Positions 54,463 through 64,000 of a DNA stretch of 64,000 nt are shown here, in pieces (within the stretch, counting starts at the first letter, position 1; each line of letters begins with the position of its first letter). This DNA comes from Anaerolineae bacterium (GTDB lineage: Bacteria > Chloroflexota > Anaerolineae > B4-G1 > DUEL01), in the NCBI GenBank assembly GCA_016931695.1, contig JAFGEI010000148.1, positions 11,394 to 75,393 on the forward strand. Reading direction: 5' to 3'. Under the pieces are notes generated by a model that was given only the letters and a program-made list of their open reading frames with translations, was not told the DNA's origin and ran no database searches. The translations under genes and the position numbers were made by a program.

Positions 54463-57143
54463 GCCGCAGCCGTGCTCTGACAGCGACCAGCTTGTTGATC
54501 CTGTTATCCTTGATCGCCTGTAACCTGCCGGCGCCGGAGGAGACGCGGGCACCGTGGCCGACGGAAAGCGTTACGCTCGAGGCCCCGCCCCCCACCCCAA
54601 CGGCCCTTTCCAACGCCCCTGAAGCTCCTACCGCGCTCAACGTTCCCCTGCAGGTCGACAATCTCCTTGATGTAGAGCGGATTGAGGAACCGGTTACCTC
54701 TGGCATCCCGCTGCCGCACGAATTGAGGCTTGCCGACCCGCAGCAACTGCAGTTGGTCGACGCTGCCGGCACGCCGGTCGCAGCCCAGTTCACCCCCCTG
54801 GCCCGCTGGGGAGGCGCCCCGGATGACCCGTCCGCCCCAATTCGCTGGCTGTTGGTCGACTTTCAGGCCACCGTTGCGGCCCGATCGACCAGCTACTACT
54901 TTTTGCAGGAGGGCGGTCCGGGCCCGTCCCCGGTGCAGCCCCTGGTCGTCACCGACGAAGCGGCGGTGCTGACCGTCGACACCGGCACGGCCCGGTTCAG
55001 CATCGACAAGGAGAGCGGCGGCCTCGTCGGGCCAGGGCTGGGCGGCCCGATTTTTGGCCAGGCAGTGGCAGGCGGGACGTACGAGAGCGGCGGCCCGGTC
55101 GACGTCCGCATAGCCCTGGCAGGGCCGATGCGCGTCTCGGTTCACGTCGCGGGGCAGTATCGGGGCTCTATGGGTGACCATTTACTCGATTACACTGCCC
55201 GCTACTGGTTCTATGCCGGACAGTCCACGGTTCGCCTCTTTTACACCGTGGAGAACAACAACCTTTGCCCGATCGTTGCTGATGGGCAAATCGATTGCTA
55301 CGATATCGGCGCTGTGGGAAGCGTCGAGCTGGAAGATCTTTCCCTGATCGTTCCTACCGATCTGGGCGGCGATCTCAGCTTCCAGGCTGGTGGTGCAGGC
55401 GAGATGGTCGAAGGCGATCTCTTTCGGGATGATGCAGGCAACGCCACGCTGTACCAGGATTCGAGCGGCACCGATTTTTGGGACCGTTATGTCACTTTTA
55501 CCGATTGGGATGGGAATGCGCTCGATACCCGGCCGCGCATGCAGTCCTACGTCTCTTTTCGAGGCTATCAGTTGTGGCAGGGCGAAGAGTTGATCGACAG
55601 CGGTGATCAGGCTGCCGGATGGCTCAGCATCAGTGGGGAGGGCGGCGCGTGGGCCGTCGGCGTGCGCGATTTCTGGCAAAACTTTCCCAAGGCCCTGCGC
55701 GCCCGCTACGTCGGCACGCTCGAGATCGGTCTCTTTCCCAACGAGTTTGGCCCGCCCGACTATCGCTTTACCCTCCGCCCCGGCGAGCACAAGACCCATG
55801 AAATTATCCTCTCTCCTGCTGGGCCCGTCCCCTTGCTTCCGCTGCAGGCCAGCACCCCAGCCGAGTGGTACGTCAGCAGCGGCGCCCTCGGCCTGACTGC
55901 CTTACCGGACTGGGCCAACTGGCCCGAGCACGAGGCCTACATCCAGCACCAGTTGTATACCTCTCCCGAGTACGAGGAGTGGATGGATTGGTACCCCGAT
56001 CTGCTTGCTGCCATCGTTGGGACCGATTTTTACGGGATATTCGACTATGGCGACTGGCCAATCGACTATGAGGGGTACGGCGTGGCGCCGCTCAACGTCA
56101 AGTACGACAGCAACCTCGGTGCCTGGTTGCAGTGGGCGCGCTCCGGCGATCCCCGCTGGTTTCAGTTAGCTGATGCGCTCAACCGCCACGCGGCCGACAT
56201 TGATATTCTTCATAACCTGCACTCCCCGCGTCACTGGGGGGATGGAATTACCTTTGGCCACAGCTATCACGATGAGGAGGGGTTTGTCAACCCGCATCGC
56301 AACTATGGTGGTGCGCATCCCGATGTCGCTTTTGGGACGGCGGGGATGTTGCTCACCTACTACCTGACCGGTTACGAAAAGGCCTACGAATCTGCCCTGG
56401 AACTGGCCGACTGTATCGAGTACCGGTTGCACAACGATGGACACCTGTGCGATCACTTTGCCGACTGCAACGGCGAGGGCTGGGCGCTGGACGAGGGGAT
56501 GTATGCCGCTGGAAGCCGACCGGCTGCCAACGGCCTCTCTATTGCGGTGGCGGCTTACCGGGCCACAGCCGATCCCCGCTACCTGGCTGTGGCCGACGCC
56601 GTGGTCGATTGGGCACGCCCGGAGGATCAGCCCTACATCGACGGGCCTACCGGCGAGGATCAGGAGATGCGCCCGTGGATGCTCAACCTGTACCTGCGTG
56701 CGCTGATTGACTACATCGAGCTGCGCGACGAGTTTGGCCTGCCCGACACCTACAACGCGCGCGGCGCCTACCTGGTTTATGCCGATTGGCTGCGCAGCTA
56801 CGCATGGATCGACCTGGAACCGGACGAGAGCGGGCCGCGGGCGGCCTATCCCTACGAGTGGTGGTTCGACGAGCGGCAGGGTAATCCTGATGATGAATGG
56901 TCAGCCGGCAACAACGTCCCGGTTGTTGCCAACTGGTCGCTGCTGGGGGCTGACGTGATGGCTTATGCCTGGCATCTCAGCGGTGAGGCCGACTATATGG
57001 ACCGCGCCGTGCGGTTGTTTCGCAGCGGCAGCCGTGACCCCTGGTATGCGGGGGACGTCAGCAGCTATTCCGAGACAAAACAGACGATCAACAGCATTTC
57101 GTTCGGCCACGTTTTTTTGCACGAGCAGCAAGTGACGCGCTGA
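54460..57143 (+). CDS. large lipoprotein (about 894 aa), possible polysaccharide-acting enzyme
   Basis: ATGA overlap with upstream gene; lipobox LSLIAC; long Trp/Tyr/Asp-rich extracytoplasmic region without clear catalytic motif. Confidence 0.5.
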
Positions 57144-57219
57144 ATCGGGAAAACGGGCCAAGTCCCCTAACCCTTCCCCACCATTGGTTTTCCTCGCCGC
57201 ATCTTACGGTGGCCGCCGT

Positions 57220-57289
57220 TTCGCATAGTCAGTTTTATCTTATGGAACACCGGAAACACTAACTTCTCTTATCTTTATGACTATGCGAA
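57220..57289. repeat. 70-bp element with perfect 12-bp terminal inverted repeats TTCGCATAGTCA ... TGACTATGCGAA around a 46-nt AT-rich core (copy B)
   Basis: Left arm 57220-57231, right arm 57278-57289; same arms as copy A at 39665-39738; sits upstream of the TGgTATACT extended -10 of the TIM gene. Confidence 0.7.
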
Positions 57290-57341
57290 GCAGCTCGCCT
57301 CGCCACCTGAGTTTTTTGTGGTATACTATTGACCTGCCGCC

Positions 57342-58115
57342 ATGGAGAAAAGACCCTTTGCACTCGCTAACTGGAAAATGGCCATGACGATCGAACAGAC
57401 CGGCCAGTTTGTGCGTGATTTCTTGCCGCTGGTCGAGGATATGTGTGACCAAGTCGAGATTGTCATCTGCCCCCCGTACACCGCTGTCCGCGATCTTGCT
57501 GCTGCGCTGTCTGGCAGCGGCATCACCGTCGCCGGACAGGATCTGTGGGTTGGCCCAGGAGAAGCGCATACCGGCGCCATTTCCGGGCCGCTTTTGGCCG
57601 ACGCAGGCGCCGCCTGGGTAATGGTCGGCCATTGGGAAGTCCGCCGACGGTTGGGGCTGCGTAAATGGTTGGGCTACGGGGACTTTGTCGTCAACCAACA
57701 GATCCACGCCGCATTGGCAACAGGACTCCGCCCCATCATATTAATCGGTGAGGAATACGACGATATATTCGATCCTTCCCGCCTGGCCCTGCTGCTCGAC
57801 GGATGCAGCGGGGAACAGGTCGAGCAAATGATCTTGGCCTACGAGCCGGAAGGGGCCATCGGGCACACCGAACCGGTCTCGCCACAGCACGCCGCCGACG
57901 GATGCCAAGCCATCCGCCATTGGCTCGTCTCACAATACGGTCAAGAGGCAACCGCTCAGGCGCGCATCATCTACGGCGGAAGCGTACCCCCCCAACATGC
58001 CCAAGACCTGCTGGCCAATCCCAACGTGGACGGCCTGGGGACCAGCCGCCAGGGGCGCAATCCTTTCTCCTTCGCTGCCATCGTTCGCCGCATTGCCGAA
58101 AGCAAGGGGGAGTAG
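57342..58115 (+). CDS. tpiA: triosephosphate isomerase family protein
   Basis: NWKM (catalytic Lys), GHWEVRR (His), AYEPEGAIG (Glu), IIYGGSV motifs; divergent around the usual GTG(K) loop. Confidence 0.65.
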   Translation: MEKRPFALANWKMAMTIEQTGQFVRDFLPLVEDMCDQVEIVICPPYTAVRDLAAALSGSGITVAGQDLWVGPGEAHTGAISGPLLADAGAAWVMVGHWEVRRRLGLRKWLGYGDFVVNQQIHAALATGLRPIILIGEEYDDIFDPSRLALLLDGCSGEQVEQMILAYEPEGAIGHTEPVSPQHAADGCQAIRHWLVSQYGQEATAQARIIYGGSVPPQHAQDLLANPNVDGLGTSRQGRNPFSFAAIVRRIAESKGE

Positions 58116-58135
58116 AACAAGGAGCAGCAACAAGA

Positions 58136-59256
58136 TGCGTCTTCAATGCCTGGATCCGACCAGTTTCCGCGACGTGCAGCGGTATATCGCCCTACCCTAC
58201 CGCCTCTACCGCGACACTCCGCAGTGGGTGCCTCCGTTCGTCCACGAAGTCAAGAGCCAACTCGACCCGCAACGCCATCCGTTCTACCAACACTCTCAGG
58301 CTGCCTTTTTCCTGGCGCTGGAAGGCGACGAAGCGGTCGGGCGGCTCGCCGTGCTGAACAACCGGCGTTACAACCAGCATCACGACCGTCGAACCGCCTT
58401 CTTTTACCACTTTGAAGCCGTGAACGACCGCGCTGTTTCCCGGGCCCTCTTTGACGCCGGCTTTGATTGGGCGCGCAAACAGGGATTGGATCGGCTGTGG
58501 GGCCCCAAGGGCTTTATCGCCGCGGACGGACAGGGGCTTCTCGTCGAGGGTTTTGCGCACCGGCCCGCGTTGGGCATCCCTTACAATCCCGCCTACTACA
58601 TCGAACTGTTTGAGGATGCCGGATTCACAAAGCATCTCGAGTTTATCTCCAGCTATGCCGACCGGCAGCTCAAGCTTTCAGAGCGATTCCTTCAGGTAGC
58701 AGACAAGGCCAGACAGCGGCGCGGCTTTCAGGCGATCAACTTTCGCAGCAAAGCCGAACTGCGTGCCATGATCCCACGCATCGCCGCTGTCTACAACGAG
58801 GCCTTTGTACAAGTCCAGGGGTACGTCCCGCTTACGGAATCCGAGGCCTACGCGGTCGGCGAACGCATCCTCGCCATCGCAGACCCAGCGCTGGTCAAGC
58901 TCGTCATGAAGCAGGACGAGATTGTTGGCTTCATCCTCGCCTATCCCGACCTCTCCGCCGCCGTCCAGCGCTGCCGGGGAAGGTTGTGGCCCCTGGGGTG
59001 GTACCACCTGAAGCGCGAGTTCAAGCGCACCCGCTGGCTGAACTTTAACGGTGCCGGCATCCTCCCGCCCTACCGCGGCCTGGGCGGCAACGCCATTCTA
59101 TACGCCGAGATGTACCGCACCCTGACGGAACGGCCGCAATACCAGCACGCGGATTGGGTACAGGTCCAAGAGACAAACTACCGCATGCTCAACGAGCTCG
59201 AGACACTGGGGGTCAAGCCCTACAAGCGGCACCGGATCTATGAGCGCCCCCTATAA
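58136..59256 (+). CDS. hypothetical protein, possibly GNAT-fold acyltransferase
   Basis: RBS AAGGAG; weak GNAT-like segments (FFLALEGDEAVGRLAV; GILPPYRGLGGNAILY). Confidence 0.35.
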
Positions 59257-59342
59257 TGGCACAGGCCGCCATCCCCTGGACACTCTCCTGTTGCCGGAGC
59301 GCATCCGAGGGCGGCGGCCCGGGCCGCTATCGCCTGTTGTAA

Positions 59343-60818
59343 CTACTCCTCGCCCGCCGCATCCTTCTGCCGGGCGTCTTTTACCGGCGCCAAGTTCTTG
59401 ATCGCCTCAATCACGTCCATCCCGGTCAACGCCTCAACTGTCTCCGGCACCTGGGCGATGATTTCGGTTATGTCCTGAGTGATCCGGGAAGCCCCACCCC
59501 CCGAACCGCCGCTGTTGATGATGACGATACGGTCGGTCTGAGCCAAAGGCTGGGCAATTGCCTCGGCAACCCTGGGCAAGCTGTCGATCAACTGCTGGAT
59601 GATCGCTGCCTGGCTGTACTGCTGCCAGGCTTCGGCCTTCTTTTGCATCGCCTGCGCCTCAGAAAGGCCCTGGGCCTTGATGACGTCCGCCTGGGCGATG
59701 CCGCGCGCGCGCGTGGCATCCGCCTCCGCCTCTCCCATCGCTCGGGTCGCCATCGCCTGTCCTGCCGCCTCGGTTTCGGTGCGGGTCCGCTCCGCACTGG
59801 CGAGGGTCGTGATGCGGAACTGCTCTGCTTCGGCCGGTTTGCGAACCGTTGCTTCCAGCTCGCGCTCCCTTCGCTTTGCCTCCTGTTCCTGAACTTGGAT
59901 CTGCTTCTGCTTCTCGACGACCTGGATCTGCACCTCTTCAGCTTTGATCTTTTGATTGACGATATTCTGCTGCAAGGTAAAGGCCATCTCCGCCTCGGCG
60001 CGCTCGCGATTCGACTCGGTATCGTAGCGGGCTTTTTGCACCGAATAGTTCTTGTTTGCCTCGGCAATCTTGGTCTCGGCCATGAACTTGGCCGTCTCTC
60101 CTTCTTGCCGCGCCTCGGCTGATTTGATGGTCGCGTCCCGCGCCGCCAGCGCCTGGCCGATGGCTGCATCCCGCTTCACCTCAGCAGTACGGGCCTGGCC
60201 CAGTGCGTCGAGATAGCCCTGGTCGTCACGAATGTCCTTGATGGTAAACGAGACGATTCCCAACCCCATGTTCGCCATATCGACCGCCGACACCTCTTGA
60301 ACCCGCTGAGCAAAGGCGTCCCGGTCCTTGTAAATCTCTTCCACCGTCATCGTGCCCAGGATAGCGCGCAGGTGGCCGGCCAACGTTTCGTGCGCCACTC
60401 CCTTGACCTCTAGCGCAGTCTTGGAGAGAAATTGCTCGGCTGCAGTACGGATCGAGATATCGTCACCCTTGATCTTGATCTGGGCCACTCCGTCGACCGT
60501 CACCGGCACGCCCATCTCGGTATACACCTCGGGCGTCTCGACGTCGATGGTCATGATCTCGAGCGACAGCACGTCGACCCGCTCGACGACAGGCCAGATA
60601 ATTGCGCCGCCGCCCTTGACAATGCGAAACCCAATCCGCTCCTTCTCCCCCGTCACCGGGTTGGTTAGATAATGCTTGCGACCCGAAATGACCAGCACCT
60701 GGTTCGGGCCCACTTTTTTGTACCGCGAGGCGATAAAGCCCATCAGCACGAACAGAACGAACAAACCTCCTGCGACGACGACAACCGCCGCCCCAATCCA
60801 AGTCGATGATATTATCAT
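59343..60818 (-). CDS. floA: flotillin-like SPFH/band-7 domain protein
   Basis: Start set at ATG preceded by GGAGGGAGG; N-terminal TM, SPFH domain, long Ala/Glu-rich coiled coil. Confidence 0.8.
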   Translation of the reverse strand: MIISSTWIGAAVVVVAGGLFVLFVLMGFIASRYKKVGPNQVLVISGRKHYLTNPVTGEKERIGFRIVKGGGAIIWPVVERVDVLSLEIMTIDVETPEVYTEMGVPVTVDGVAQIKIKGDDISIRTAAEQFLSKTALEVKGVAHETLAGHLRAILGTMTVEEIYKDRDAFAQRVQEVSAVDMANMGLGIVSFTIKDIRDDQGYLDALGQARTAEVKRDAAIGQALAARDATIKSAEARQEGETAKFMAETKIAEANKNYSVQKARYDTESNRERAEAEMAFTLQQNIVNQKIKAEEVQIQVVEKQKQIQVQEQEAKRRERELEATVRKPAEAEQFRITTLASAERTRTETEAAGQAMATRAMGEAEADATRARGIAQADVIKAQGLSEAQAMQKKAEAWQQYSQAAIIQQLIDSLPRVAEAIAQPLAQTDRIVIINSGGSGGGASRITQDITEIIAQVPETVEALTGMDVIEAIKNLAPVKDARQKDAAGEE

Positions 60819-60882
60819 GGTGTTATCCTCCCTCCAATCGTGGTTTACGAACGGCACCATTCCTCTTGCTACAACAGTCGAT

Positions 60883-61539
60883 TCAGTGGCTCTCCGGCTG
60901 CACCTCCCTTGGTTTAACTTCTACAACATTGCCGACGACCTGCGTGACGACGACAACTGCCCCCCGCGCAATCGCCCTGCCTTCCTCCGCCGACCGGGCC
61001 GTGGCCGTCATGCGGCTGCCCCGCACAACAAGCGCTATCTCCCCCACCTTGCCAGCCGGGATGGGTGCAATCACCTCACCCACCTTGCCCACCAACTCGC
61101 CGACCTCCACCTCGCTGGATGCTTGCAACCCGGCCAGCAAGCGGGCGTACAGGAGAAACATGACGCCAGCAACGGCAAGCCCATTGACAGTAGAAATCAA
61201 CAGGCTGAGTAAAGGGGAAACAGCAGTAAAGTTGTTGAGGAGCACTCCGCTGCCACCAAAAACGGTGACAAATGTCGCCAGGGTGATAGGGCTCAGCGGG
61301 GACAGGCCAACATCAGGATGATCGATATCGTGAGCGATTTCATGAGCGAACGGCAGTTCGAGATGAATATCCGGCCCGCCGGGATGGAGATCGACGCCTG
61401 GAATGTCAATGTCCATACCGGGAAGATCAAAGCTGGCCAGCTTGCCCATAATCGCAGTGATTAGAGCATATCCCACGCCCAGAGCAAACATCGAAAAATA
61501 GATGCAATTCAACGTTTCAGTGATCGACCACTCCCACAT
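60883..61539 (-). CDS. nfeD: NfeD-like membrane protein (partner of flotillin)
   Basis: N-terminal TM helices and C-terminal OB-fold-like beta segment; immediately upstream of the flotillin gene. Confidence 0.6.
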   Translation of the reverse strand: MWEWSITETLNCIYFSMFALGVGYALITAIMGKLASFDLPGMDIDIPGVDLHPGGPDIHLELPFAHEIAHDIDHPDVGLSPLSPITLATFVTVFGGSGVLLNNFTAVSPLLSLLISTVNGLAVAGVMFLLYARLLAGLQASSEVEVGELVGKVGEVIAPIPAGKVGEIALVVRGSRMTATARSAEEGRAIARGAVVVVTQVVGNVVEVKPREVQPESH

Positions 61540-61708
61540 GATCCTCTCCTTTTTCGCGCCGGGCCTACCGCCCCTTCATCTCTCGCTATCCCCCACTGCC
61601 GGCAAGCACCTGGGCACGCGTCCTGACATCCCGGGCAGCTGCCATTGTACTGCATAATGCTTTCCTGCGCCAAACAAAAGGCAGACAGCCAGCAGACAAT
61701 CAGACGAC

Positions 61709-62775
61709 TCAGGCGATCAACATTGCGTCGCCAAAACTATAAAAGCGGTACCGCTGCCGGACCGCCTCGGCGTAAGCAGCATCCATCAGCCGCTTGCTGC
61801 AAAAGGCAGCCACCAGCATCAACAAGGTCGAACGCGGCAGGTGAAAATTGGTAATCAGCGCATCGACAACACGGAAAGAAAACCCGGGATAGATGAACAG
61901 ATTCGTGTCCCCTTCAAAAGGCACAACCACCTGCCCAAGACAAGCCTGACCGTCTCTATCCTCCGCTGTCGCTTGCAACGCCGCGGTTTCCAGCACCCGC
62001 ACCGACGTCGTCCCGACCGCAATCACTCGCCGCCCCTCCAGCTTGGCCTGGTTAACTTGCTCGGCGGCATCGGGTGGCAGGGAGCAGTACTCGGTGTGCA
62101 TCCGGTGATCAGATGGACATTCTACGCGGACGGGTTGAAAGGTATCGAGACCGATGTGAAGCGTCACAAAGGCACACTGCACGCCCGCCTCCTGCAATTG
62201 GCGCAAGAGATCGGGGGTAAAATGGAGCCCGGCGGTAGGTGCCGCTGCCGAGCCCGGCACCTGGGCATAGACCGTCTGGTAGCGGCCGGGGTCGCGGAGA
62301 GGCTCGTGAATGTATGGCGGGAGGGGAGTCTGCCCCACCTGCTCGGCGAGAAGCAGAGCCGACCGGTCAAACGACAAGACGCGCAGGCCGCGCTCTCCCT
62401 CCGCCAAGACCTCTGCCCGGGCCAACACCTGATCCCCCTCCGCCCCGCCCGACACGTCCAGGCACATTCCCCGCCTAACCCCCCGCCCGCGCACCAATGC
62501 CTCCCAGACCGTCTCTGAACGCGGGCGCAGCAGGAGGATTTCGGCGCGGCCGCCGGTCGGCTTGTGCGCATAAAGCCGCGCCGGTATGACGCGCGTTCTG
62601 TTGTGAACGAGCAAGTCGCCTGCACGCAAAAACTGTGACAGGTGCTGAAAATAGTGATGGGTTAGCGATTCCCGAGCGCGGTCCACGACCATCAGGCGGG
62701 AAGCATCGCGTGGCTCGATCGGCGTTTGGGCGATCAGTTCGGGGGGGAGTTGGTAATCAAAGTCGGACGTTCTCA
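61709..62775 (-). CDS. queA: S-adenosylmethionine:tRNA ribosyltransferase-isomerase QueA
   Basis: DFDYQLPPELIAQTP N-terminus; internal GTTSVRVLE and C-terminal ITNFHLPRSTLLMLVAAF motifs; start placed at in-frame GTG 62775 to avoid overlap with the upstream gene. Confidence 0.8.
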
Positions 62776-62808
62776 CCTGAACAGAGCCTTTTCGCCAATG
62801 AACCCTGT

Positions 62809-63387
62809 TCACCGGCGCTTTTTTGCCAAGATGGCTGCAACGACGGCAAAGCCGAGCCCCATCGCAATGAGTAAGAACTTGAGTGCAGCGCACCAGCAGG
62901 CCACTGACGCCCATGCCTGCTGCAGCGATCCCAGCACAATCCGGATCAACGCGTAATTCTCCAGCGCATCCAACGCCGCGGCAGCAAATTGGGCCCAGGC
63001 GAGGATCACACCCACGCCTGCGACAACGGGTGTGCGCACCGAGAGGCGCCGTGCGATTCCGAAACAGCCGAGAGCAATAGCGGTCGAATAAGAGGCCATG
63101 AAAAGATAGTCAACGCCAAGGCTAAGGGCCGCATAGAGCGCGCCTCTCTCACCCCACGACGCGAGCATCTCTTGCGCACGCGGCAGGCTCCCGGCAAACT
63201 CGAACGAGACAATGCCCAATGGCGCGGCGCCGGTCGTCAAGGGGCGGTTCAGCACCTGCAGGCCGAAAAAGACTGCAACTGTCAGGCTAAGCGAAAGGAA
63301 AAAGGCAGGGCGCCAGCAAAAAAACCGGCTCTTTGCCGCCGAGCCTCCAAGACTCTTCAAGTTCGCAGATAACCGATGGGTACACAC
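62809..63387 (-). CDS. hypothetical integral membrane protein
   Basis: Four or five predicted TM helices; no motifs recognised. Confidence 0.4.
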   Translation of the reverse strand: MCTHRLSANLKSLGGSAAKSRFFCWRPAFFLSLSLTVAVFFGLQVLNRPLTTGAAPLGIVSFEFAGSLPRAQEMLASWGERGALYAALSLGVDYLFMASYSTAIALGCFGIARRLSVRTPVVAGVGVILAWAQFAAAALDALENYALIRIVLGSLQQAWASVACWCAALKFLLIAMGLGFAVVAAILAKKRR

Positions 63388-63393
63388 GCTGCC

Positions 63394-63939
63394 CTATCCT
63401 GGGGCTTGATTCGACACCCACAGCCCAATGACCGGATCATCGGGCCTACGTTCAACAGTTGACTCTACCTCGTAGCGGAACTCGACAAATGCAACCTCGT
63501 CACGGGGCAATTCGATCTCGAAGCGGTCGCATCGGGCAACGCCACTCCACAAGGGGTCGCCCAACAGCTGATGCACTTTTTCTCTCGCCGCGCCAGTTTC
63601 CAACAACCACGAGATCAGCGCCAAAAGGCTGCCAAAGCTCTTGTCCCGTTCCAGGTTCAGAACAAGGGCCTGCTCCCGCGAAACGGGCGCCGCCGCAATG
63701 TCGCCCGGCCGCCCGGATTTTGTTCCCACCAGTTCTTCATAGATCGCCCGTACAACCGGCTCGTTGCGCGCCTCAGCCAAAAATTCCAATATCCCGTCCA
63801 CGTGCCGGGTAAAAAAATCCTCGATCCGCCCTCTTTCTGGTAGATGGAAACGGCAATAGTCCCAACCGGCCTTGGGCGGCAGGGCACAAGGCGTCCCCCT
63901 ACAGGTGATCCCCTTACAACGGGCTTTTTCAGGTGACAT
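63394..63939 (-). CDS. hypothetical protein with N-terminal Cys-rich (zinc-binding-like) segment
   Basis: CKGITCRGTPC...CRFH motif; otherwise unrecognised. Confidence 0.4.
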   Translation of the reverse strand: MSPEKARCKGITCRGTPCALPPKAGWDYCRFHLPERGRIEDFFTRHVDGILEFLAEARNEPVVRAIYEELVGTKSGRPGDIAAAPVSREQALVLNLERDKSFGSLLALISWLLETGAAREKVHQLLGDPLWSGVARCDRFEIELPRDEVAFVEFRYEVESTVERRPDDPVIGLWVSNQAPG

Positions 63940-63957
63940 TGGCTTCGCTCCTGACGA

Positions 63958-64000
63958 CTATTTGGCCGGTACCAGCTCGATCTCGAAAAGCCACGGCCAT
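63958..64000 (-). CDS. 3' end of a gene running off the window edge
   Basis: Open minus-strand frame ending at stop (rc of 63958-63960). Confidence 0.25.
   Translation of the reverse strand, partial: WPWLFEIELVPAK

Overview
This is a 64-kb window of high-GC (about 65%) bacterial chromosome, densely coded on both strands. I infer it is Chloroflexota-like from gene content: a bacterial Elp3 homolog, a PTPS-related polytopic membrane protein, a GEVED-domain surface protein, Pro/Thr-rich linkers and an archaeal-type Mre11-Rad50-NurA-HerA operon. I saw no rRNA, tRNA, tmRNA or CRISPR array. Reading the sequence directly, I call about 49 protein-coding genes. The main ones are an HtpX-like protease; an sbcD-sbcC-nurA-orf-herA-Zn-ribbon operon; an HD-domain protein; a 4x EF-hand protein; rlmN; a MocA::HAD fusion next to yqeC; a cNMP-binding/bPH membrane protein; def; an RCK+RyR-domain membrane protein; a NUDIX hydrolase; a HAMP class-III adenylate cyclase; a GEVED surface protein; and a 2217-aa secreted BNR/S8-subtilase/PKD giant protein. 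Also present are a glycyl-radical enzyme with its activase, a TPR-SLT lytic transglycosylase, a PTPS-related membrane protein, an S1-domain protein, smpB, two tandem S41 Ctp peptidases, a lone tyrosine recombinase in an AT-rich pocket, a transcarboxylase-like 12S/cupin/5S/1.3S cluster, an SCP2 protein, a histidine phosphatase and Elp3 coupled to an Fe-S protein. The window ends with a secreted protein plus a large lipoprotein, a TIM-like protein, a GNAT-like protein, an NfeD-flotillin pair, queA and hypotheticals. All long antisense ORFs in the supplied track are high-GC shadow frames. Non-coding signals include several consensus sigma70 promoters concentrated in short AT-rich intergenic islands and a nested palindrome over the -10 of the cNMP-gene promoter. 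There is also a repeated about 70-bp element with perfect 12-bp terminal inverted repeats (TTCGCATAGTCA...TGACTATGCGAA) in two distant intergenic regions. The most interesting candidates for new biology are that repeated inverted-repeat element, the extra co-translated ORFs inside the Mre11-Rad50-NurA-HerA operon, the unknown-substrate glycyl-radical enzyme pair, the cNMP/RCK-RyR/cyclase signalling neighbourhood and the Elp3-FeS pair.
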